DNA of 62,213 nucleotides, the filler included, from Basidiobolus meristosporus CBS 931.73 (taxonomy: Eukaryota > Fungi > Basidiobolomycota), in the NCBI GenBank assembly GCA_002104905.1. It is 4 parts of 4 records of this genome, joined end to end, with 100 filler letters (N's around TTAATTAATTAA, not from the genome) between each part and the next. Parts side by side here need not be neighbours in the genome. Positions count along the whole stretch, not along the records: positions 1 to 13,554 come from MCFE01001204.1; 3 more parts are not named here. One strand, given 5' to 3'. Numbering within the stretch: the stretch's first letter is position 1; each line of letters begins with the position of its first letter. Shown here one piece after another: positions 1 through 11,317 of the stretch. The notes under the pieces are model-generated. The model saw nothing but the letters and a program-made list of their open reading frames with translations. It did not search any database and was not told the origin of the DNA. Position numbers and translations under genes: made by a program.

Positions 1-1629
1 CACACCAACACCTTAAGGCCAGCATACCATGGGACCATCAGGAACTGAAGGCCAAGCAGAATCCACTTGACTTGCTCCGTAAGCATTATTGGGGATTAAA
101 ATGAGCAAACTGAGTTTGGGTCAGCATTGGTTTGCCAAGGAAGTATCTCAAGAATAGCTGAAACTTTCAAAGGCAGAAGATCCAAGGATCAATGGCTAAA
201 AACTAGCAGCTTCCTCAAGAGCCTGTTATAAGCAGGGCCAAAAGTTCCAAACAAACATCAAAGAGACATCAGATAGCTGGAAGAGTGCCAATAAGGGAAA
301 AGCAGGCAGACATAGATGCAGCAGGACAATATTTACCAAGGGCCAAGTGCAGTTCTATTCAAGAAGCACTCAGTCAAAGTAGCAGTGAAGGTCCTGGTGG
401 TGATAAAAGCTAGCAGCTACCTCAGGAGTGCATCACACCATGGGCTACAATCTCAAAACAGGCAGAAAAGATGTGTTAGGTTGCCACAGAGTGCCAGCAA
501 GGGACCAGCAGGTCAAAACAGATTCATCCATGCAGCACCTATAAATGAGAAGACAAAGTTCAATACAAGAAGAGCTCAGACAAAGGAGAAGTGATAGACC
601 TGGCAGTGATAAAGGAAAAGGTAAAGGAAAAAGTCTACCCAAGCCAGAGGCAAGGAAGTGTCAGAAAAAAGCTGCAGTTTTTGCCAATTAATGCCATAAG
701 CCCACAACAGACTGAATACCATCATAGCCAAGAAGAGTTACCAACAAGAAAATAGCTGTTTTCATAATGGTTGGAAGTGCAGCCGGTTGAGCTACACTCC
801 AGTGAGGTGGATGAGTTTGCAGAGAAACAAAATTTGTTTACCACAGCCTCCATGTCCTCAATTGTTGACATAGTGGAGATCCCACTGACAGACAAAGTAA
901 CAATGTCAAGAACTCAAAAGGTTATCACAATGCCTGCAGTGGGATTCTGGAACATTCATAGGCACATCAAGAGGTTACAGCATTTCTTCAATAGCAGTGC
1001 TCAAGAAAATGCACTTCAATATTGTATGGATTTATTGTAAAGACTGGCAGATGAGGTGCTAGACCTTCCAGTGCTGGCTGAAGACCAGGATGTATGGGAA
1101 CCAGTGAATGAACAGTAGCATTAAGCTGTAGTGCCCCTGCCAAAGTTATGGGAACAGAGAGTTGAGGCTGAAGTACCTATTGAATGGTGGATTTTAATAG
1201 AGTAACCTGATGAGTGTGGGGTTGGTCTTAATATTAGTGTAGGGTATAGGGACTTGAATAGATCAATATAATTGGCGATTGAGGCACAACTGAAGTTTCA
1301 ATGGAAATAAATCAATATGCATGCATGAGAAGTAAGAGAAATGGTTGAGTCAGGAAGTAAGGAGTGCTAAAAAGAGGCAATCACCAATCAATGCACACAA
1401 ATGTAGGAGGTGGTAGAGTGTCCAGGATTCAAAGGTGAGAGAGTTTGCAGAGAACAGATCAAAAGCCACTTTTGTATTGTTGTGATGAGATATTTTGATC
1501 AAGTTTTTGTGAAATTTCAGGTGCAATTGTTTTTTGATGGTCTTTGCACAGTATCCTGATGGGATCAATACCTCTTAGTCACAGGACTTAGAATCTGTGA
1601 CAGCTTTTTGACAGGATCATCACAATAAC

Positions 1630-4483
1630 TTTTCATAGGGGTCTTCAAGACAAAATACAAGGCTGATGATGTTGTAATATCAATTTGTCACCTAGATACT
1701 CATGCTAGCTTAGTAACATAGATCTTATTCTTTGATTAGTATTCCATCCTGACCAAATTCCTTGTCAGGATTTACCTAAAATATTTTCACTGAATTATCA
1801 GGTATCCAGATTGTGAACTTTCTCAAAGTTGTCCTAAAGCCCCCAAACTTTGCACACATATTCTTGGGACCTTTCTTAACAAGCTTTACATGCATGTTTA
1901 CTTTACTTTATCATAAAAATAAATACCATACTTTTGAGCAATAAATTTGCAAGCAAATAACATGTAAACTTTGTGGTTCTCAACATCACTTCCAATACTC
2001 CTCACAATATTGCAACAGATGGTACAGTTGAAAGATGCCAAGAAAGACTTGTGGCCAAGGAACACTCTCCAACATAAAGACTTGACTATACTAAGATCTT
2101 GCACCAGCTGCCAAGCTTAGTTTCATCAGATTAATATTGGCTATTGCAGCCAAATACAAGCTTTTCATTGATCCAATAGATGTATAAACTGCATTTTTGA
2201 GTGGAGAACTTGATGAGGGTGTGCATATAAGTCTGCCTGCTGGGTTTGTTGCACTAGATAACCCCACTTGGTCTGCAAGCTTAAAAGATTGCTATCTGGT
2301 CTTGAGCAATCACCCAGAGCCTGGAATTCCAAGATGGACTCTCATTTGGAATCATTGAGTTTCCAAAGCAGTAATGCTGACTATAGTATATACCATCAGC
2401 CAGATAGAGCAAATCCAGCTCCATTTGCACTATAAATGGACAATCTCACTACAGCCACCAATAACCAAAAAACTTTGGAAGAGACTAAATGCAGCTTATT
2501 TACAAAGTACAAGACATCTAATCTAGGACACCTCAGTTACTACTTTGGGACAGAATTCTCCATAGACAAAAGTATGCCAACTATCACTCTAAGCTGATCC
2601 AAGAATATTCAAGATGTACTAAAGAAGTACCAAATGGAAGACTGTAAACCAGCAGCTACTCTAATGGAGTCAAACCTCAACTAAATCAAGAGAGCTTGGT
2701 GCCATCTGAAAGCCTTGAGTTTCTCTATCAATCTATGGGTAATACTCTGATGTACATCATGCTTCAAGCATGTCCAGATATCTCATATTCAGCTGAAGTT
2801 GTCAGCCAATGTAATTGGAACAATGGATCAGATCATATTGCAGCATTTAAGCGGATATTTTGATACCTCAAAGGAACTGCTGATATCTGCTTAAGATACA
2901 CTCATAAGGATTCAGAACAGGGTCTTGTGGGATACTCTGACATTGTGGTGGTGTATAAGTCCAAGGGAGAGATACATCCAACACTTCTCAAGTGTTTTGT
3001 GTGAGGGGTGTTCACTGGGTGCAATAACCTCTGGCAAAAGCTTGCTAGGAATACTTGGGTTCTGTCTCTAATCTAATGTGATGGGGAATAAAGCCACAAG
3101 CTTGTCAAGGGAAAACTGTTGAGCTATAATCCCCAATTTAGTTAGCATATTAACAAAAGTTTATGCTGAGTTCAGCATCCGTTGAGATGACAATGTACCA
3201 AAGCTTCCAAAGTCAAAATAACTGTAAACTCCACCAGCAGGGACTTGATAAGAATGCAGCTGTGGTCAATAGTTACAAAGACAGAAAAGTATCTTTGCCT
3301 GTACAAGAACAAACTTGGGAAAAAATCAAATATAATAAAAGATACCTACTCTGAGTATTCCTCACAAGTAGTGCCTCCAAGGTCAGTTGGCTATCAGCAC
3401 AGTTTCCTGGGAGTGTCCTGTGGTCTGGGGTTGGAAGTTCAGGTAGTAGCAGGTAGCAGTGATTGCACTAATCAACAAGTTGGTATATTGATAAAAGGGA
3501 TGATTATTTATTGTTGAGGGATAGCCTCTCTTATATACTTTTCTTACTAGCTAAGTGATTACTAATCATGGTGTTCCAGAAGGTTATGGGTATCAATAGA
3601 AATTTTAATGACATCAGAATGACCTAAGAATGTTCTATGTAGGTGCTGGAAGGTTCTAAGAGGCACAGCACATCCAACCAATCAGGAATCAGTACTCCAA
3701 AACCTGTGTAACATAGGGATACCATATATGGTATGGAAATGGTAGGGATGGTGACACAGGTTGATCATGTGTCACAGGTACTGGCATGGGTACTTGCCTA
3801 ATATAGAAGCACTTATAGCTAGTAATTTTACATAAAGTGAGGGATGACTTATTTGATAAGGTAAGCAGGTGTGATAGTCAACTGGCTTATGGGATAGTAC
3901 TGATCAGGTAAGACAAATGGGATAAAACTAAAATAAGTGTAGTAGAGATATAGGGAAGTAGACAATATGGGAATGAGCACATCTGTCAGTGGGTGTCACT
4001 GTCACCCCACTACAATGTAGACTGGGGACAAAACTTAGAAGTCAGAAGATCCATTACAGGAAACACCTTTCTTTACTGTAAAGGAGCAATTTCATGTAGT
4101 TCAAGAAAGCAACCAACTGTAGCACTTTCCACCACACAGGCGCGGCATATGGCAGTCTGTGCGGATACAAAACTAGCAATGTGGCTAAGAAAGCTTTTTA
4201 AAGATTTAGACTTATGTCAAAAAGTGTCTATGGCTTAATTTTAAGATTATCATGGATGCATGCAATTAGGTAGAAATCCAACTTTTCATGCCAGAACTAA
4301 GCACATAGATATTAGATATCATTTCATACGTGAAGCTATAGAGAATAACTTAGTTGGCTTAGTTTACTGTCCTACAGATGAAATGATTACAGACATATTT
4401 ACCAAACCATAAGCTAGAGACAAGTTTGAATATCTTGGGTCAAAATTAGGACTAGTCAGTATGTACATTTAGCTAAGTGGGAG
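1630..4483 (+). mobile_element. Degenerate Ty1/copia internal region (LTR fragment ~1690-1900, RT ~2105-2943, RT end/RNase H 4015-4470, PPT 4475-4483), interrupted by a solo LTR
   Basis: Fragments translate to copia RT/RNase H motifs (AKFxxIRLILAIAAKYK; GYSDVDWG restored across the insertion; SSRKQPTVALST). DNA aligns by eye to 39200-40550. Ends in AAGTGGGAG just before the LTR at 4484. Confidence 0.85.
2944..4014 (-). mobile_element. 1071-bp solo LTR (probably Ty3/gypsy-type), copy 1
   Basis: Has TG...CA ends with short imperfect terminal inverted repeats and is the reverse-complement homologue of 50642-51712 (same length). Flanked by ACAT (2940-2943) and ATGT (4015-4018). Removing it restores the host copia frame. 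Confidence 0.85.
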
Positions 4484-4831
4484 TGTTGTAAAAGTTTGTA
4501 GTACCACCTAAATATTCACCTAACTTAGTCACTTAGATCATTACCCTCAAATCCTAGAGAATACTGACTAAATTCCTTGTTGGGATATACTTAGAATATT
4601 TTCACCAAAATACCAGGTACCCAGTACATGAAAATTCTCAAAGTTGTCCAAACAGCCCCAAACTTTGCACACATGTTCTTGGGACTTTCCTTAGTCTATT
4701 CTACGTGTTTGTAATGCTAAGACCAGGTAAAAGTATAATTCTACTTTTACATTCAATAAATCATTAGGTGAAAACCACATAATCTACTTGTCCTCCCAAT
4801 CACTCTCAATATCTCCAAGACTCTTACAGCA
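4484..4831 (+). repeat. copia LTR shared between two tandem internal regions
   Basis: Runs TGTTGTA...CTTACAGCA, preceded by a PPT and followed by the PBS GGTTATGAGCCCC (4832-4844). Confidence 0.9.
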
Positions 4832-7800
4832 GGTTATGAGCCCCAAGCCACCACTCTCTGCAATGTCCACCACTGCTAATACTGGAATTTTTCCCTTTGC
4901 TGAAAAGTTGGATGGATCTAACTACCAATTGTGGAAGGTGAAGATGAAGATGCTGCTACAAGAAAGAGGTCTTTGGGATATTGTCATGGGAGAAGAATGC
5001 CCACCTAAAAGCATGGGTGAGGAAGCCTTAAAGTACCAGCAGAAAGAACAAAGTGCCTTTAACTGCATTTGCCTTAATGTTAAAGAGAAATTGCTAATTC
5101 AATGCTCAAGAGCAAAAATAGCAAAGAATGCCTGGAAGGCATGAGAAGGCACCCACCAGTCATGTTCAGCTGCTAAGAAGATGTATCTGAGACAAAAATT
5201 CTTTATTACAAAGATGCAGCCAGGAGAAGAAATGGAAAATCTAATTAACAGAATTACCCTGCTGGTAGATGAAATGGAATCTGTTGGTGTACCAACTACT
5301 GATGAGGATTTGCTAGTTACCATTCTGAATAGCCTGACAGACAAGCTTCAGGGCCTTGTATCAGCCCTAGAGTCCAGAACTGAAGATTTGACTTTAAATT
5401 ATGTATACAGAAGGCTCCTGGATGAAGAATTAAGAAAATCAAGCACCAATGAGAAGGAAGAAGAAAATGCTTTAATAAGCAATGATAACCAACAAAGGAG
5501 GTACCCAAGACCTTACAAAGATAACAGCAACCTGATTTGCAAATACTGCAAAAGGAAAGGACACACATCAGTCCGGTGTCTCAAAAAGAGAGATAATCAG
5601 CAAAAGAAGCCTGAATATAAAAATGCTGCAACAAATGATAATAGACTATTCATATCTGCACTAAATATGACCACAAACAAGGATTCTCAGACATGGTTTA
5701 TTGACTCTGGAGCATCTCAACACCTTACACACCAAAAAGAACTTTTTACCCAATATCAGGAAATTCCAATTAAGAAGGTTTTCATGGGTGACAATAGAAC
5801 ACTTGATGCAGTGGGAGAAGGAACTATCCAAGTAAACCTTAGAAGCAGTGAAGGAAGCCATACACTGACCTTTAAAGAAGTACTCTATGTACCAGAAATA
5901 GCCAAGAACCTACTATCTGTAAGCAAGGCCACAGCAGAAGGCTCAGTTTCAGCTTTGACAATTTTGGATGCAGGATCAATGATCAAAATGATGCCCCTAT
6001 TGCTTTGGGTATCAGAGATCAAAATCTATACAAGTTGACTTATATTTCATCATATCTGGAAGCCAATAAAAGTAACTTAAATGAAGAAACACCAATGCTT
6101 TGGCACAGGAGATTTGGACACATCAATATTGATTATTTGCGCAAAATGATCAAAGATCAGCTAATTTCCAGAGTAAAGATTGATCCCCCAGATAGTTTGG
6201 AGCACTGTGAAGCCTGCATATATGGGAAACAGGCCAGAGAACCATTCAAAAGCCCTGGGTTAATCATAACTAAGTTAAATTAGATCTAATTCACTCAGAC
6301 CAGTGTGGACCAATGCAAAATTTATGCCTAAGCAGGATGAAGTATTTAACCACTTTCATTGATGATTATACAAAATACATGTGGGTTTACTTCATGGAGA
6401 GAAAGGAAGAAGCTCTGTCTAAGTTCTGGGAGTTCAAATCCATGGTGGAGAGAGAAACTGGTGAAAAAATCAAGAAAATACGCACTGACAATGGTGGAGA
6501 ATATACCTCAAAACTCTTCATCAACTTCTAAAAAGTTCAAGGGATAAAGCAAGAGACTACTGTACCATACTCCCCACAGCAAAATGGAGTAGCAGAATGC
6601 TATGACAGCTCAATAACTGATATGGCAAGATCTATGATCCATGATCAAAAGTTTCCTGTGATTTTTGGGTGGAATCAGTTGCCACTGCTGTATACCTTAA
6701 AAATAGGAGTTATAACAGAGTACTGAATGATTCTACTCCATTTGAAGCATGGTATGGGTACAGACCAAGTGCAGAACATCTAGGAATATTTGGGTGTACA
6801 GCATATGTTAAGAAACTGCACAGAAATCAGTCAAAATTTGAGCCAAAATATGTAAAATGCATATTTTTGGGTTACTGCAATGCAAGTAAAGCATACAGAC
6901 TCTACAATACCAAAGCAAAGAAGCTAATCAAGTCCAGGGATGTGTTGTTTGATGAAAATTCAAAACTTTCACAGAAAATGACATCAGATGATGACAAAAA
7001 TTTGATCTTAAGCCCAACAATAGTCAGGATTGAATCAGAGCAAAACAATGAAAGCTTTTTCACTCTGGAGGACTCTACAACTGTGGTTCAGCCTGAATCA
7101 GTGTCCAGGAATATCTCAGAAGTGATTATACCAGTATCAAATGCCAGGTGATCCAATTGGACAAGAAATAGCCCAAATTACTATATTGATGAGGGTACAA
7201 ACTTAGCCTATGCCTATTTGGTCCATATTGATGAGCTCCAGACTGTAAAAGAGGTCCTAAATAGCACTCAGACAAAGTTTTGGAGATCTACAATGGCTGA
7301 GGAATATCAGGCCCTGATTGAAATCAAACTTGGGACTTGGTCAAATTACCAATCAACCAAAAATCAATTGGATGCAGATGGGTGTTTGAGACAAAAATCA
7401 AGGCTGATGGTACAATTGAAAGATACAAAGCAACACTTGTGGCCAAAGGATACTCCCAAGCAAAAGGACTTGACTCTACTGAGATCTTTGCACTGGTAGC
7501 CAAGTTTAATTCCATCAGATTAATATTGGCTATTGCAGCCAAATACAAGTTTTTTATACATCAAATGGATCTAAAAACTGCATTTTTGAATGGAGAACTT
7601 GATAAGGATGTGTATATGGACCAGCCTGATGGTTTTGTTGACCAAGGTAATCCCCATTTGGTCTGCAAGCTTAAAAAATCTCTGTATGGTCTCAAACAAT
7701 CATTGAGAGCCTGGAATTGCAAGATAGATTCTTATTTGGAATCTTTGGGTTTCAAAAGGAGTAATGCTGACTATAGTATATACTATAATCCAGATAGAGC

Positions 7801-8813
7801 AAGTCTAGTTCTATTAGCTCTCTATGTGGATGATCTTATTATAGCCACCAATAACCTAGCAACATTGGAAGAGACTAAATCCAGACTATCTCAGGAGTTC
7901 AAGATGTCCAGTCTAGGAGAACTCAGTTACTACTTAGGGAGTAAGTTCTCCATAGACAGGAGTACCCAGACTATCACCCTCAGCCAATCCAAGTATATTC
8001 AAGATATACTTAAGAAGTACCAAATGGAAGACTGTAAACTGGCTGCTACCCCAATGGAGACAAACCGTAACTTGGTCAAAACTCAACCAAGTCAAGAGAG
8101 CTTGGCACTATCTGAAAGCCTTGAGCTTCATTATCAATCTATGGTTGACACTCTGATGTATAATATGCTTCAGACATGTCCAGATATCACATATTCAGTG
8201 GGAGTTGTCAGCCAATATAATCAGGTCTATGGATTTGGTTATATTGCAGCAGTTGAGTGGATTTTAGATACCTAAAAGGAACAGCTGATGTCTGCTTAAG
8301 GTACTCTTATAAAGATTCAGAACAGGATCTTGTGGGATACTTTGATGTAGACTGGGGACAAAACATAGAAGACAGAAGATCCAACACAGGATACAGCTTT
8401 CTTTACTGTAAAGGAGCAAAGTCATGTAGTTCAAGAAAGCATCCAACTGTGGCACTTTCCACCACACAGGCAGAGCCTATGGCAGCCTGTGAGCCTATAA
8501 AACAAGCAATGTGGTTAAGAAATCTTTTTAAAGACTTAGACTGATGTCAAAAAGTGCCTATAGCTTAATTTTAAGATAACCAAGGATGTATACAATTAGG
8601 TAGAAATCCAACTTTTCATACTAGAACTAAGCACATAGATATTAAATATCAGTTTATATGTGAAGCTATAGAAAATTACTTAGCTAACTTAGTTTACTGT
8701 CCTACAGATGGTATGATTGTGGACACATTTACCAAACCATTAGCTAAAGACAGGTTTGATTATCTTAGGTCAAAATTAGGACTAGTGAGTATGGGTGTTT
8801 AACTGAATTGGAG

Positions 8814-9161
8814 TGCTGTAGAATTTGCAATTCCACCTAAACATTCACTACACTTAGTCACTTGAATTATTACCTACAAATTTTAGGGAATACTGACCAA
8901 ATTCCTTGTTGGAATTCACTTGGAATATTTTCACCAGAAACATCCAGTACCCAGAGCATGATAATTCTCAAAGTTTTACAAGCAGCCCCCAGCTTGGCAC
9001 AAATGCTCTGGGGAACATCCTGAGCATTTCTATGAGCTTTTAGTGCCAAGACCATGTAAAAGTATAAATCCCACTTTTCCATTCAATAAGTCATTAAGTG
9101 AAAGCCACATTACCTCCTTGTTCTCCCAATCACTTCCAATATCTCCAAGACTCTTACAACA
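8814..9161 (+). repeat. copia 3' LTR (diverged subfamily)
   Basis: Runs TGCTGTA...CTTACAACA after the RNase H end and a degenerate PPT. Confidence 0.85.
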
Positions 9162-9504
9162 TGTAATAGTTATTAGTTTCACCATGATATCAACCAAATT
9201 TAGTCACTTTGCTGATTACCTAAAAATCTTGGAGAGTTCCAGTCAAATCCCATGTTGGGATTTACTTGGAACATTTTAACCAAATTATCAGATACTCAGA
9301 AGATGAGATTTTTAAAGCTGCCAATATAGCTTAACACTTTGCACATGTGGTATTGGGACCTTTCCAAACATTTTCTGTGTGGTTTTTGCTATAACCATGA
9401 GATAGTATAATGACTAATACTATATTTGATAAGTCATAAGGTGAAAACCACATAATCTACTTGTTCTTCCAATCAGTTCCAATATCTCCATGACTCTGAC
9501 AATA
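9162..9504 (+). repeat. Additional diverged copia LTR directly abutting the previous LTR
   Basis: Colinear similarity to the family LTR (TTAGTCAC, TTGGGATTTACTTGGAA, GTGAAAACCACATAATCTACTTGTTC, CCAATATCTCCA). Confidence 0.75.
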
Positions 9505-9559
9505 GTGGGTTTTGAGAAACTTGAAATTCAACTGATATTGTGACAGTACACAGCTGGCC

Positions 9560-10166
9560 TTTGCTAAAAAAAATTCATAACAAGACATATGCAGTGGGAG
9601 GCATTTTATTCTTTCTTCTGATATCTTAGGGCTCCTTCTCTAGCACCTTGAGGAGTGTACTCCTCTCCCACAACAATTTCCCAAGAACCACTTTCCTGTA
9701 TCTTTGCCCTCACCTTCTAGACTTGATGGCAAGATCCATCCAACTACACAGCAGAGTGAAGAATTCTAGTAATAGCAGTGGTTGACATCCCAGTGAGGGT
9801 CAGATTGGGGCTTACATCTGGCTGTAAGAGTTTAAGCAATATTGAAAGGGAATGGAAGAACAAGCAAATAATATGGTTTTGACTAAAGGATTTACTGAAA
9901 GTATAAAGGATATTTACACTCTTCCATGGTGTTGGCAAAACAAACCCATGAAAGAGATTTAGAAAGGTCCCAAGTGAATTATGAAAAGCTTAGAGCTGTT
10001 TAAACAACCTTGAGATTTTTGGGATTGGGGTACCTGGAGTTTTGATGAAAATATTTCAAGTAAATCCCAACAAGGAATTTGGGCAGAATTCTCTAAGATC
10101 TGTAGACTATGATCTAAGCGACTAACTTGGGTGATTATTTTGGTGCGATTACGAATTTTTACAACA
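9560..10166 (-). mobile_element. Inverted copia 5' end: LTR (9819-10166), degenerate PBS and start of gag
   Basis: The reverse complement starts TGTTGTAAAAATT, has a PBS-like GATGTAAGCCCC and continues into the gag N-terminus. Confidence 0.8.
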
Positions 10167-10650
10167 GAATACCCATGGTAGTAGTGGGTAAGCAAATAAA
10201 GAGGCTTGATTCTACAGTGGAATCTATGAATGGCACAAGGGGAGGTAGAAAAAGGGAATATCATTTGGTAAATTGGTACGGTAGCATTACACAGGACTAG
10301 CTGTAGGCTGCCATACTGCCATGATAATGCCAACAGAGGTCTGTATCAAGGCCACCCCGGTGAGCCTGAATCGACCAAAAAGCCACTGGGTGATAGACGG
10401 TTGGGGTTGGATTTTTGTCGAGAGATGGGAGCGGATTGGGAGCGAACATGCATCGAGGTAGGACGGCCAAACCTGCACCGCAAGCGAAACAACCTTGCTC
10501 AAGACATCCCACACGTAGGAGAAACCACCACCACCCGAAACGCGTTTCAATCCGGGGGGAAGTGAGGAGTGATCGGGGGTGAAACTGCGTTGGGGATCCA
10601 CCATATAAATCGGGGCCCGCCAGCACCACCTCACCACCATCTCTGCAAAC

Positions 10651-11076
10651 ATGAGACTAGCAGGACTGATTACGCTTGCGTCGTGGTTGGTGGGCTCCGG
10701 GGTGACCGGGCAGATCCCCAGCTCGTGTCCCGCCCGCGCCCCGACCAACGGGTTCCTGAAGAAGGCGGGATGCCCGTGGATCCGGCAGGGGGACAACGGG
10801 ACCATCGGGAGCTGCTGCGAGGAAAAGGACTCCTGCTACAGTAACTGTAACAAGAAGAAGAACGAGTGCGACGAGGAGTTTCGGGGATGCATGCTGGACC
10901 TATGCATCAACGAGTTCGTCCCCGCGAACCCCGAGTGGGGAGATACCACGAAATGTCTGGATTACTGGAACCAGCTGGACGCCGCCGGGGCCCGCAGATG
11001 GCGTTTGCACAGGGCTGAAGATTTCTCCTGCCAGGCATACGAGAGAGCCCGCAAGTCGGGTCGTTGTACCACCTGA
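10651..11076 (+). CDS. Secreted group XII phospholipase A2-like protein, catalytic His replaced by Lys
   Basis: 141-aa intronless ORF with a signal peptide. CCEEKDSCYSNCNKKKNECDEEFRGC matches the PLA2G12 pattern CCxxHDxCYxxCxxxKxxCDEEFxxC. Confidence 0.75.
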   Translation: MRLAGLITLASWLVGSGVTGQIPSSCPARAPTNGFLKKAGCPWIRQGDNGTIGSCCEEKDSCYSNCNKKKNECDEEFRGCMLDLCINEFVPANPEWGDTTKCLDYWNQLDAAGARRWRLHRAEDFSCQAYERARKSGRCTT

Positions 11077-11317
11077 TCTCGCGAAAAATAAATGTTGATT
11101 CACCATCCACGAGGTTCTCCGAGGGTTTATTACAGCGAATGATTAGAGGATGGAGTGGGGTGGAGTGGAGTGGCTGGGTAATAGGGCCAACTAAAAGGGG
11201 GGAGTCTCTCTAGGATGCGGCCTTCTTTACAACTTGTGAGCATCGAAGTAATATTTAGCAACGCCTAATTACAGAAATGAACAGGATTGGAGGTATCGGT
11301 TCTAGGGAGAAGTGGGC

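Larger units (their letters stand above)
4484..9161 (+). mobile_element. Full-length but degenerate Ty1/copia retrotransposon (LTR-PBS-gag-PR-IN-RT-RH-PPT-LTR)
   Basis: Motifs in copia order: CKYCKRKGH zinc knuckle, WFIDSGASQH protease, LWHRRFGH/CEAC, integrase core, LYVDD RT, RNase H. Many stops and frameshifts break it into several ORFs. Confidence 0.95.

Noticed and set aside
1350-1568. FESWTLY resembling a CACTA transposase segment
   Set aside because: A single weak motif. None of the neighbouring Tnp2 motifs could be found.
10287-10844. Several overlapping ORFs of 90-172 aa around the PLA2-like gene
   Set aside because: GC-rich shadows and alternative frames with non-ATG starts and no motifs.
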